DNA of 63,666 bases, filler included, from Cercozoa sp. M6MM (GCA_040357565.1; 10 parts of 10 records of this genome joined end to end with filler, not necessarily neighbours in it), one strand, 5' to 3'; positions 27,409-41,558 are shown, counted from the first letter of the whole stretch. Notes: generated by a model not told the origin, from the letters alone. Numbers and translations are program-made.

Positions 27409-30400
27409 CTCGCACTAACACTCGACACTGGGGGTGGTGTGCCAGCAGATCAGGTGCCGCAGTTTCGTCACTTGCGCGAAGACGCGCGACTTGCCATCAT
27501 CGATGCTGGTTCGACTGTCGATAACACACTGTCCATTCTTTCCAGATAAATGGAGTTTTTTATGGGCACAGCATCGAGGCTAATGACATTTGCGTCAAAA
27601 GCAGTGCAGGTACGCCTTGTCCCTCGAGTTTACTTTCTTGCTTTCGTGCCGAGAGAGAGAGAGAGAGAGAGTTTTCGCACAACAGGAACTGGAGCACTTC
27701 AATCGCGTCAACAGTGTCAACATTCGTCTCAAGATCGGTAGCAGTGAGATCTGAATCTCATTGTTGCATTGCTATCCTGTGTCTTTAGGCGTCTCGACTG
27801 GTCGTCTGCTGTGCGGAATCATTGGAGCGCCGTCCGCGCGAATGCGGTCAGTTGTGCAAACAAACTGCTTCTGGGAATTCGTTTTTCATTGTGTCTTTGG
27901 CAGATTCAATGCGTTTGGACCGGCCGTGCTGGTGGCACGGCGTCTAATGACAGCCAACACGCACGATACCATCGTATCACGATTTCCAAGTGCACAGCTT
28001 TGAAACCGCTTGGAAATTTCCAAGAAATAACTGAAGTTGAGGACTTTGCGTACTTGTGCAGTTGGTGGACGGCGGTTTCGCGAGCTGTCTGAGTCCGGGC
28101 TCGTGGCTCAGTCGCAGCTTTGGCACGATTCTGGCGGCGCCAGAGGTCTATGTTGCTGGCGAGATTCGCTCGGAAAGCGACGTAATCCGAGCTTTAGCAC
28201 TTCAGTTTTACACCTTTACCTTTCCCACTCAGGTTGATGCACTGTTGGACACTGAGCCTGCTCCCGATGAGGTAGCTGTTTCTGTTGCTAATGTTAAGAA
28301 TTGAAAGAGTGAAAAGCGAGTGCTGCACACAGACCGTGGCACGTGCCATCGACTGCGAAAGCGACCAGTTCTTGCTGTCCTGTTTGGTGCCTTTGAGACC
28401 GAAACAACCTCTGCCAGTCTTGTTATCTCCACATGTACTGTGCTGTAGAAGCAACGCAAGGGACCGTCGTTGTTCGCCTCCGTGTTTGCGATGCGTGCGC
28501 CCACTGCCGACACCTACTTGCAATGTACCAGACACAGAGTCGTTTCTCTTATGTGTCCATGTTTTGACTGGATTGTTTTTTGTGCAGCCCTGCAACGCAA
28601 GCGAGTACAACTCAACGACTTCAAGCTGCTCGTACTTAAGCCTTCCTTCCGCCTTCTCCTATCCTACCTTTTTTGGGGTGAAGGCCAACATCGGTGCCGG
28701 CAGTTTCGGCCGCGTGTTTCTGGCGACGCGTCGTACCGACGACGATGTGCGTTTCTCCCTTTCTTGTTTGTTGTGTCTGTTTGTTGTATTTGTCGGTGTA
28801 TCGTTGTTGTACTTGCGCGAGGCAGAAGAAGAAACGCGACGAACTGCTGAACCTCACCAGCAACGCGGACATGTCGAATTTGGTACTTTTTTGTTCAGCT
28901 TTCAATCGAGTTGGGTTCAGTTTTTTGCACGCGTTTGTGTCTGTTGTCGAGCCGCAGAGCGAGAGCGCGCGAGACAACATGGGCCATATTGATTCACGGT
29001 ACTCGATCGATGTGTTTGTGTTGCTTTCACTCGTTGATATGCTTACAGTTAATGTGCATTTTGTTGTTAATTTTGTATTTTATGTTTGACCATCAATTCA
29101 ATTGTCTGTTTCTCCATTTGTTTAACTTTACAAATCGATTGATTCATGTTCTAAGTTTGGTATCCTTGCACACATTTGTACCGCAGGAGCACATCGGAGA
29201 TGGTGGCGATCAAAGTGGTCAATGCGGGCGACACGACCACGTCGCACGAAGCGCGTTGTGTACCGTCATTCAGCCTTTCCCCCCCCCCCCCCCCCCCAGC
29301 GCCACCTGGTCCCATATGTGTCACTTTGCATGACTGTTATTGCAGGTGCAACGTGAGTTGGAGACACTGGCGGCCACTTCGCACCCTCTCATGGTACCTC
29401 GCATACTGTCTGCTTCCCTTTGNNNNNNNNNNNNNNNNNNNNNNNNNNNNNNNNNNNNNNNNNNNNNNNNNNNNNNNNNNNNNNNNNNNNNNNNNNNNNN
29501 NNNNNNNNNNNNNNNNNNNNNNGTCGCTTTTGCGTCGGCGCGGCAAGCTGCACGAGCGAGCTGTGTGTTTACCCTCCCCCCACCCTACCTTCTTGTCTCT
29601 CACTCTCTCCCGGATAGGTGCGATTCTATCTGGCCGAGGCAGTGCACGCACTGGCGTATCTGCACTTCCGCGGCATTGTACACCGTGACATCAAACCGGT
29701 AGTCTCTTCCAGTGCTCGTATTTGACCCTGGCGTGACTGGGTTGACATGACACGTGACTGAGTTGGCACGTGCGCAGGCCAACATTGGCGTAGACGCCGA
29801 CGGACACATCAAACTGATGGACTTTGGGTGAGTTTGACTTTGTTGTTCGAACTGATCCCTGGTTATTTGTTGTGTCTCTGTGCTTTCAGTTTGAGTGGTT
29901 TCTTGCCGTCGCGACACCGTCAGGTGCAAGGACCCGACTGGCTGCAAGCCATCAAGGTACACCCTCCCCCTCCTCTCCTCCTCCTTACCCCTACTCTCCC
30001 GTGCTGCAACAGGTGCTGCAACCAGTGGAGAAAATCACCATGGCACCTGGGCAATAGTAAACCCTACTCTCACCCTCTCCCTTGACCCCTCGCCTTACCC
30101 CACCCCACCCTTTGTCTTTAACTCTGCGCAGTCGTCTGTCGACAGTGTCGGACGACAGCGAGGAAGAGTCGACGTCGGGTCGCACTGTCGACGCGCCGAC
30201 TCGACTGTACGCCGCCAACACCGACTCGTACGTTCGTCCTTTCAAAAGGCCGAATACTGTACTGTACAGTATGGGCCACTGTGTTTTAAAGGAGCGAACG
30301 CGCGGCGCTCCGGCGTCTGCGTGAGCGCGTCATCAGCGCCGGCGATAAGGGTACTCTTTCGACTTTACCCTTCCTCCTCCCCCTCCCCCGGCCTTACCCT

Positions 30401-30465
30401 CTTGGCTGCCATGTGCAGGCATCAAAGCGTCCAATCGTGACAATGGCTACTCGGAGTTCATTCAG
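26180..30465 (+). CDS. Degenerate class III nucleotide-cyclase domain fused to an AGC-group Ser/Thr kinase; partial at both ends
   Basis: Cyclase: SLFKRLDECIARIGRLEKVHLLRGQYCVV, IRLKI|GVSTGRLLCGIIG, FNAFGPAVLVARRL. Kinase: LNDFKLL|ANIGAGSFGRVFLA, VAIKVV, RFYLAE, HRDIKP, GHIKLMDFGLS. One frame is kept via GT-AG introns. Confidence 0.85.
27273..27404 (+). repeat. Intronic (CT)n microsatellite
   Basis: CT run inside an intron of the cyclase-kinase gene. Confidence 0.95.
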
Positions 30466-30496
30466 GTAGCCTCCTACCGGACGTGTCGTTGCTGAC

Positions 30497-30550
<54 letters not shown>

Positions 30551-30655
30551 ATCACNNNNNNNNNNNNNNNNNNNNNNNNNNNNNNNNNNNNNNNNNNNNT
30601 TAATTAATTAANNNNNNNNNNNNNNNNNNNNNNNNNNNNNNNNNNNNNNNNNNNN

Positions 30656-30702
<47 letters not shown>

Positions 30703-30715
30703 CAAAACATCTTAC

Positions 30716-31037
30716 TTTCGGTCCTTTAAAAGCGCTGCTCGCGAGGCACGAAGCTCCCGACGCTTCTCTCGCAGCGACTGACAACACAACGAATACACAC
30801 AAACACACGCATGCAAGCAAGTGTATGACATGTAGTACCTCTTTGTGCTGCTCGACAAGGCGCTGCTCGGCCTGCTTTCGTCGAGCCATCTTGCGCTTCC
30901 GCATGCCGTGCACGAATTCACTGCGAAAACAAAGGCATAGACGGAGGTTCCCGTAGATGAGTCATTCGAACTTACTGCCGCTTGTTGGCGTCAAAACTGA
31001 CCCGCTGCACCAGATGCCGTTTCTGGGCACCACCCAT
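30716..31037 (-). CDS. NOL12: NOL12/RRP17 (Nop25 family) ribosome biogenesis protein; 3' partial
   Basis: VSFDANKRH|EFVHGMRKRKMARRKQA matches the Nop25 pattern V.FD..KR.EYLTGF.KRK..RRK.A. Confidence 0.8.
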
Positions 31038-31366
31038 TATGACAGTAGTTTGGGACTCTGTTAAAGTGCCTCGCACAGCACCAAACGCACAGAGGCCCGA
31101 AACAACTATCGTTCACTGAGCCACAGCTTTCGCCTCAGAAACGTCTATTTTGTACCTACTGTCCTGGCTCTGTGCTCGTGGCCAGTGCCAAGCACAGCAC
31201 GTTGCTTTTTTGTTGTAGTGACTTATTGTACTGTGCTTATTGTAAGGTACTGTAAAAGAGCCCTGTGTGTTGTTTCTTTTTGTCGTCAACATTGGCCGAT
31301 CAGCCAATGGTCGGTGAGTGGCCTTGGGTGTTTTCTGTGGTACGACCGTGCTGCTCTGCGTAGAAG

Positions 31367-31867
31367 ATGAAGCTGCTGTTGGCCTCGTTGTTGGGTGCTG
31401 TCGTTGTTGATGCTGCTGAGTGGCAAAAGGGCGTATGCTGTCTTTTCCGATACACTGCGTTGATCCCCAATCTGATTCACTGGTCGTATCGATACTGTAG
31501 AGCGCCATCGCGTTTCCGTTCGTTGGACTCGATGTCTGCATGCAGTCGCCGCAGCAGGGCATTGTGATCGAGCAGGTACTTTCAGTTGCTGCGGTTGAGG
31601 GTGTAGTCCAAACGGTCAACTGGAACAAACACTATGCCTGTGACAGGTCAATGGTGGTGCCACGCCTCGCATTGAGCGCACCGATGGTATTGACCAAACA
31701 TGAGTTGCTCGTTGCTCCCTTGTTTGACTCGTGTTTATATGTGTGTATGTGTGTGTGTGTGTGTGTTGTTTTGCAGACGGTGGTGAGACCTGGCGTGCCC
31801 TGCCGGTCGGCAGCAACCCGATCAACCTGGTACATTGCCTATCGAGTAAACTGTAATGAAATGAACG

Positions 31868-31912
<45 letters not shown>

Positions 31913-33639
31913 CTGTGTGTGTCTGTTGCTAGGGCTGCGCGCAAGGTGAGTCGTCTGCGATGAGCTACGGCATCCGTCCGTAGCATTTCACACCATCGAT
32001 GCGAGTAGCTCTCTGGATCGGTTTATCGGGTATGTGGTAGTTTCGGCCACACGGCGCCGCAGTACGCCGACGAGTCCTTCGAGTGGTTCGACGAGTCCAA
32101 GGTCAGCGGCTTCCAGAACAAGAACCTCATGTATTTGCTCTCCTTTCTACTCCCTACTGCTTTACGGGGGGGCCNNNNNNNNNNNNNNNNNNNNNNNNNN
32201 NNNNNNNNNNNNNNNNNNNNNNNNNNNNNNNNNNNNNNNNNNNNNNNNNNNNNNNNNNNNNNNNNNNNNNNNNNCCCCCCCCCCCCGCCGCATGCGTCTG
32301 TGTGCAGGTGGTATGACGCTCAAGAAGCACTGCAAGACGGGCTTCCACTCCACGCGTTATATTGCATCTCCTCCTGCTCCTACGCAGCGCAGTGTACCTC
32401 CTGAATCGCCCCTTTAATCATGAGATAGAGGTCAAATGTATGTGTGTGTGTGTGTGTGCTATAGGTTGGTAAGGTCATGCTGACCACACACGGTGGCTAC
32501 CCGGAAGGTCAGTCGCCATACCAGCCGATGCACTCGGATGCTCAAGGCAACTGGATCATTCCGATCCGACACATGATGCACATCGACACCGGCATCAGTG
32601 TCGTCGACGTCGAAAAGGTGTACGTTTGGTTACGGGGGGTGGGGAGGCGGGTAAAGGGTGTAATTGCAAAAGGTGTGGTGTGTGTGTGTGTGCGCGCGCA
32701 GTGAGAATGGGGACTACTCGCACCTCCAGTCGAAACTAGCGCCACGTGTCGTCTTTGACCTGGAACGCCTGCAGCATTCGGTTGAACCCAAGGTAACAGT
32801 TAGCTCCCCTTGCCCCCCCCCCCCTGCATCCTCTATTTACTCCCTGGTATGCAGGAGGCCGAGTACTTCTGGGGCAAGATCATGAAGACCACGTGAGTTG
32901 CACCTGCATGTCTGTATACGTATATATATATATATATATATAAATGTATATGTGTGTGTACAGCGACGGTGGTGACACGTGGACCGAGGTGTTCTCGCAC
33001 GTGGTATCCTCACCCAGTCAGGGAGCAGTGTTCTGTCTGCACATACACGGTATTGTGCTCGCTGTTGGGCAGGGCGACTACTACCTCAACGACATCGTGT
33101 GTCCCTCGGAGAACATCTGCATTGCTGTAGCTGCCTTCAGTTTCGAGTCTGCCGTCTGATGTGTGTGTGTGTGTGTGTGTGTATGTGTGGTCAATGTTCC
33201 CTCTGTCTGACTGGCAGGTTGGCGAAGGCAGCGGTGGTCGGGTACTTGTTGCACACGTACAACTCAAAGGGCACCACTCATTTTGTGGACTTTGTTTGGG
33301 CAGTACATCTTGCGTTCGTCGGACGGCGGTGACACCTGGATGGAGACGCACAAGAGTCTGGGCGTTGCCATGCGACTCGAATGTCTCTCGGTACAGTTTG
33401 TTTTGCTTACTTTTCATTTTTGCCTGTTGGGAGTGTTGTGTTCACTTCATTGTTGCCCCCTCCGACGTAGGAGACGCACTGCATGGTGGGCGGTGGTCGC
33501 TTCGACCTCGACCGCAAGTTCATCGGCGGCAGCGTGCTGGAGACGCTCGACTCTGGCCGTACCTGGCACGAGATGGAGACGTCAGTTTGTCCCTTTGTCT
33601 GTGCTGTGTGTGTGTGTGTGTTTGTGTCGATGTTGTCAT

Positions 33640-33686
<47 letters not shown>

Positions 33687-34042
33687 ACACACACTGCCCT
33701 TTTTGTTGATGCTGCAGTGACTTTGACCGCGAGTTCGTCATGGGAATCGACGCCAAGAACGGCGCCGCTGTCGTCAAGCGCTGGGGCGCCGATCGCACCT
33801 ACTTTGCCAGTAGCTACACCATTCAGAACTATCTGATACTGTCACTGCACGTCTTTCTTGTCTCCTGCAGAGCTTGTTGGCAACGACGCTCCTGCCGCCG
33901 ATAAGAAGTGTCAGCAGTAAGTTATGCTGTCATCTCGTGTCGTTTCTTGTGTCGCACTCTGCTGTACACCGCATCTCCGTGCAGGAACGACAACGGTCTG
34001 ATCGGCCTCATCAAGGGCGCCTGGTGCCAGCTCTTTCGCTAA
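31367..34042 (+). CDS. Secreted Asp-box (BNR) beta-propeller protein, Ycf48/sialidase-fold like
   Basis: Signal peptide MKLLLASLLGAVVVDA; Asp-boxes SDGGDTW (twice) and TLDSGRTW; last exon ends CQLFR*. Confidence 0.75.
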
Positions 34043-34710
34043 GCCGGCGGCGATGTGGTAACGTAGACTGGAGTGTGGTACCTGCGCTCGATATGAGACG
34101 TCGCGTCGGCGACTTGCCGATGCCTGGCCGTGCCCGGCCGTGCGAGCAAGCTACTGCGCTGCGCTGTACGGGAGCTAGTCGAGTTAATATTAATTCACAT
34201 CACATGCATGATCGACGTCAGTTTACGATACCCGCCCGCGCATGCTCAGGCCGTCGGTCACAACGCAAAACAGCATGGCGGGCCGAATTGCCAGTGATTG
34301 CCGAAATTTAAATTTACATCAAATTCCATGGCAATTTGAGAAGCAAAAGTGGCAATTTGAGAGGTAATTTACACTCGGCAAGTAAACTGCCCTGTTAAAT
34401 TACATAATAAACTTAGTAAATTACCATGTCGATACTAAATTTTAGTCGCGGTGAGTAAATTGACAGTTGAAATTCTTTGTTCCGTCATCGACCGTACTAA
34501 AGCATAACAGCTAGCTAAGTTTAATCGATCGCGACGCGATATGGAGTAGGTCTTAACGGTGTGCTGATACGCCGGCAGCCGCACATATGGTATGCGAGGG
34601 CGATACCTATCCGAGCAAGCTTGTAGCCCGGTCATGTGTGCGTATGGTACGGTAAATACTTTGGCGGAAGCTCGCTCGCACTTAATTGACAGCACCGCCG
34701 CAAACGCAGC

Positions 34711-35212
34711 ATGAAGTCAGAATGGTCAGCGAATCGCAAGCTCAAAGCTGCGCAGAAGGTTTTTACGCGTCGAGTCTTTTTGAGTGCGACTGTCGCGTTG
34801 GCTGCGTCGTTGCATTCCTGAATCCGGCGTTTGCAAGGTCCGAGATTTTGATCCCGAAGGGCTCGAACCTTTGCGAACTCGTGAGCCAGCCCGTCTATTG
34901 AAAGGTGCGCGCTCTCCGCGACGTGGCTGCTTTCGTCTATTCTGCATAACAGAGGTGCGGAGCTTCAAGCTCATATTCGGAGTTGGGTCGAGACTGGACA
35001 CACTCCGGGGTCGCTATATACCCGGCGCAGCACGAAGGATTGTGACACGATATTTCATTGGGAGCACAGATGTGGTACCCCTGAAGAAGGGCGCTTGCTC
35101 ACATCAGTGTCATCATGATGCTCACAGGTCGAATGCATGCTCCCAGAGTTGGAAAGACAGTCAGAAAAAGGCAGTCGCTAAACATTACGTCCAAATCACT
35201 ATTACGGCTTGA
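34711..35212 (+). CDS. Possible small basic hypothetical protein
   Basis: MKSEWSANRKLKAAQK|VRDFDPEGLEPLR...; plausible GT-AG junctions, no homology recognised. Confidence 0.3.
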
Positions 35213-35229
35213 TGATCGGTGAGCAAACA

Positions 35230-38200
35230 AAAGGTCACCATAACGTCGTCGCCTTTTTGTGAATCACCGCTCCGGCCGTCCCTCACAGATGCAAGTCCTG
35301 CAAGAGTCAGCGACCCTTGCTGCAGTTGCTCATGGAGTTTGAAACAGCGCTCGCGCAGTGATTCTAAATTTTACAAACAGAAAACATCTTACTTTTACAC
35401 CAGCGGAGACTGCGCGTTGGTGCTGTGCTACCGTTTTCTTTGCGGAACAAAGCGACGTCGTCGTTGAAGGCATGGAGAGAAGAACGGGCTGTTTGAAGCG
35501 CCGACTCAAGGACGGGAATCCTGCTGATTCTCGATTGTGCGTCGTTCCTGAACCAACACAGTGTTTTTGAAGGAGATTGCACTGCGGCGTGTCGTTGAAG
35601 CAATGAATTGTACAGCTCTAGCCGCAGCTGCTCTGTCTCATGTTTTTTGGCTTCAAGTATCTCCCTATACTCGCGCAGCTGACTGCACGTGTTGCGTCGT
35701 TCGGTTTGGAGTTGTTGAAGTGACGCATGGGTTTCCGATAACTCGCTCTCAAGTGTCTTGATGCGAGTTTGCAGCGTCAGATTGTGATCCTCAATGCGAT
35801 TTCCGTTCAACACCTGCATCTTCAACTCATCACGCTCAGCGGTGAGCTGTTTCATTCGTGTTCTAAGGATCAAAGCCTTTTCGTTCAACTCTCCGACTTG
35901 ATTCTCGAGCTCTCTGCGGGCATACGTTTTAGATGGGATAAGTTTCCTATAGTGGATCAATACCGAATGATGTCAGTGCGCTTAAGCCGACTCTCCACGT
36001 TCGATGCAGCAAGTGATTGGTAAGCATCAAGTAGGCAGCGCGCAGCAGCGTGCACTGTTGAGCAAACCGCTCGTAATTCGCTCCATATGGAGTGACGAAT
36101 CCGCTGTAAGTTTTTTATTTCACAAAGCATTCGCATTGTAATAGCAAAGCCCACACTGTCGGATAGATGAAGGATACACGAGGAAAGTCATTCCATGCTC
36201 GACCTGGGCATGTGACCGAAATCAATGACTAAACTTAATGCGATAACATATCACCAAATCCGGTTAAAATTTACCAATGTAGTGTCCATTGAATCCTCGT
36301 GCAAGGCGGAGCAAAAGCGACGACCCAGATTCGGACTGATAGAGAGTGGCGATCTCATTGTTCGTGGCTTCTTTCGCAATGGTCGAGAATCGCATCATTG
36401 CGATTACCACGATTGCTGCAATCCGAAAGGTGCAGGGTGGCTTCTGATCGGTGTTTTGATTCGTGAAAGTTGGCACAAAAGAAGCCACGTCTGATTCAGT
36501 TTTGTCGTTCATTGAAGGCGGAAAGTGCTGCAGCGTGGCATGCACTTCTCTCGATACCTGCTGAAGCTTCAGCACAGCGGCAGCTGTAGAGTTTGTCTGC
36601 TTCTTCAGCAAGCAGGCTGCGCATAAAACAGTTGAGGAAAACTCCAAAAAGGCACAAAGGAAAAGGACTATGCAGAGAAACACGACGACGTACAGCGAAG
36701 GTTAGCGACCGTTAGTTGTTTGTGCAAAGTGGCAAGGCGTCGTTCAAGCATCTCAACTTCCTCTGCCGCAGTCTGTGTGAGCGCAGTTTTTTCCGCACGA
36801 ATTTTGTTGCACTGTAGTTGGGTCTCCAAAGCCTTTTGATTCGTTTCCTCCAGTCGTTGGGTCAGGTCTTTCACAGCCGCTGATTGTTCTTGTATCACAG
36901 CGGTTTTGGATGCTTCCGATGCCTGTAGTTCCTTTCGCGAGGCTTCCAGTTGATCCTGATTCCTCGTAAGATCCCTAGAAAGCTGCTCAGTTGCCTCGTG
37001 AGATCTGCGGTACTCGCTCATAAAACCGTGTATATGACGCAGCACCGGAGAGAGCATAGCGTTTATGTCTGCACTTGAACCAACTTTTGGCTCAAGTTCG
37101 CTACTGCCTGCTTGAAGGTAGTCGCTGCTGGCTGTATGTGTCGACAGCGAGTCGGTAGAGTCAACGTGAGCCAGCATGGAAACAACGGTGCCTACAAAGT
37201 CACGCACAGTCGCCGCTTGCTTCTTTGCGTCGATGTCTCCCTCTCGTTGTTGTTGTCGAGCGCGTTGAGCAAGCATTGTCTGTTGTTCAGCTTGACGCAG
37301 AGCAAAGTCGAGCTGCTCAGTAAGGTTTCGGACAGCCGCTTCAAGTTGATTTCTCTTTTCCTCCGATTTGCCGCAAGCGCTTTCCAGTCGCTGACAATTT
37401 CTCTCCAGTTGGTCACACAGCTGCGTTCGTTTGGAAAGATTCTCAATTGCTCTAAGAATATACGACGTTTGCCCTGCGAAAGCGCTGTTTTGCTGCTCGG
37501 GCTGACAGTTAGCAGTTCTGACGCTGGGCAGACTCTCACTGGAGTCTGCGTCAACCTCGTAGTCATACGACTCGGACTGGATGTCCCCTACAGAGCCTTT
37601 TATTTCCGCGCGGGACGTCTGGTGCGTATGTGAGTGCGACACCGAAGAAATAAGTGGGGGTAGTTGTCCTTTTGTCGCCTCTTTGGATTCAATTTCAAAG
37701 AAGCCTCCATGGTCATCTTCCCCAAGAAGATAGTTTTGCCGTTGTCCGACGATGCACATGACACGGTCCTCTATCTGTTTAAAAGTAGCTCCCCATGCGA
37801 GCTCTCGTTGTGCAGCCGATCGTTTTTGGAGCTCTGCCTGCTTCTTCACGGCTTGCATTTCGTATCGGCACTTTTCATGTTGCTCGCGTTCGACGCGCAG
37901 GTCGTTTTGAAGCTGTTCATTTTCCGCCTCCAGTTGCGTCGAGTGTAAAGATGCGCGCTGTGACGTTTCAGCTTGGGCTTTCAAGGAATGGTAGTCCTCT
38001 TGCTTCAGATGCAGTTCGTGAAGTTGATCTTGTAGTTCTGCATTGTGCTCCTGCAGGTCGTCTCGCATGCCATGCAACTCAGAAATTTCGTTTTCGTACG
38101 CCACTTTCATCTGACTGAACGTTGCTTGCAACTGACTCAGTTCTTCTTGCAACAAATCTGCCCGCTTTCGTTCTTCGACTAAGTCACGAGAAGTGGCCTT

Positions 38201-38887
38201 GAGGTCATCTTGTTTCTGATCCAACGCTTTCGAAAGGTTTCGGATTTTGTCCTCGAGCACCATGGCCTTTCGTTCGCAGTCTCTGTGGTTTTGGGCCTCA
38301 TTTCGAGCAGCAGCCACCTCCTCTCTTAGATGCGTCACTTCTTTTTCGAGTTCGAGTTTTCTTCGAGCTTTTCGTTGCAAATTTTTCATTGCTTGTTGAG
38401 CTGTCATCAACCTGGAGCAACCCGAACAATGATAAATAAAAGTATGCAGCGTTGGGTTTACTCTTGTTGCGATTTTCGCTGGAGCATCTGCAGTTCATCG
38501 CACTGGCTCTGCGTCATTGCGAGAAGATCCTTAGCCGAGCGTAGTTTTCCACGCAGCAGCTTTCCTCTCCCTTGGTACTGTGCAACATATGTCAAGTAAG
38601 GTAGGAGCGCACCACATACCAATTTTTACTAGTTAATGTTGTACATCTTCATGTGCTTTCTCCAATCTTGTGCTCAAGAGAGACTGGTTTCTGTTCAGCA
38701 CTTCGATCTCCTCGGCCCAGCGCTTCCTTGCTGTCTCTGCTTCCAACTTGCAGATTCTCTCCTTCTCTTCAAGAACAGCAATTTGAGATTTTGCATTCGA
38801 CAACTGGTCTTCGAGATGTTCAACAAGCAGGTGAGTTTGGTCTCTCGCCTGATGCTCTGTGCTGGAGTCGCAGTCAAACTTGCCCAT
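35230..38887 (-). CDS. Large coiled-coil protein (3' end approximate)
   Basis: 580-aa and 198-aa heptad-rich ORFs plus smaller exons joined by GT-AG introns. Confidence 0.7.
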
Positions 38888-39104
38888 ATGAGCTGGTCGC
38901 CAGACGACCGAACCCTACGCAGCTCAGCCTGCCTTTAGAACATCTGTACCCGATTAAGAGTGCTCAGCGCGGCTGTGTCGGGTGTTGGGCAAAATACAAA
39001 ACGCAGAATACAGAAAACGGCCACTGACTTTCGTAAAAGCAAAATAGTGCAAAAGGCGAAAGATTGTCACACCGTAGTGTGCAGGCTGCTGTGCTGCTAT
39101 CAGC

Positions 39105-40890
<1,786 letters not shown>

Positions 40891-41053
40891 GGAGATGAAC
40901 TAACTATCGCGTCTTGCTCTTCTGTCACCGCAGCCTTTCAGAAATTGACGTGAGGCTTTGGCAGTGCAAAAGAGTACTATGCCAGGAAAAAGACTAAAAA
41001 ACAAATGGAATCGATGTGAAGAAGAATTGAGCCAGTAGACGTAGTCACTTCAG

Positions 41054-41115
41054 TGACCCACCCCAGACTGGTGCAGGGGAACTACATAGTTGGTTTCCTA
41101 GAAGACTCAACTAAC
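41054..41115 (+). mobile_element. 62-bp 5'-truncated LINE 3' end
   Basis: 18-bp TSD TAGACGTAGTCACTTCAG at 41036-41053 and 41116-41133; the site is empty in the 43468 LTR copy; CTAAC tail. Confidence 0.9.
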
Positions 41116-41329
41116 TAGACGTAGTCACTTCAGATGCAGTTACCCCAAGATAGGTCGGCAAAGTACAGGAAGTAGACTGGTCGGGAAGGAAAGGAGGCCC
41201 GGTAGTCAGAAGAAGGAAGATAGTTTACCTGGTTTGTAGAGAGCCTTTTCAGGAAAGGAGCATAATCTATGATCTTTCGAGGTCAGTCTACCGAGCACTC
41301 TCGGAGGGGTCAGGGTACAAAGTGAATAA

Positions 41330-41558
41330 ACGACGGGACGACCGACACCGCCTCGACGCCTCTCGACTTGTAGCCCGCTACCTGCACCAACCATGAAGTC
41401 GACTTCGGTGTCTGGGGAACGTCAAAAGGGGAGTTGTATGGTCCTACACTAAGCGGGCGGTAGACACGGCCATGCTCTTGCGACCCACCCCAGACTGGTG
41501 CAGGGGAACTACATAGTTGGTTTCCTAGAAGACTTAACTAACTAACTAACTAACTACT
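41330..41558 (+). mobile_element. 229-bp 5'-truncated LINE 3' end with (CTAA)n tail
   Basis: 10-bp TSD AAGTGAATAA at 41320-41329 and 41559-41568; homologous to 16701-16917. Confidence 0.9.

Noticed and set aside
33004-33071. U12-type intron (donor GTATCCTC)
   Set aside because: The donor deviates at +8 and no TCCTTAAC-like branch site is present
41373-41526. Known self-cleaving ribozyme, 5S- or 7SL-derived SINE
   Set aside because: Helix order and core nucleotides do not fit HDV, hammerhead, twister or pistol; no Pol III RNA head; copies look like truncated LINE ends
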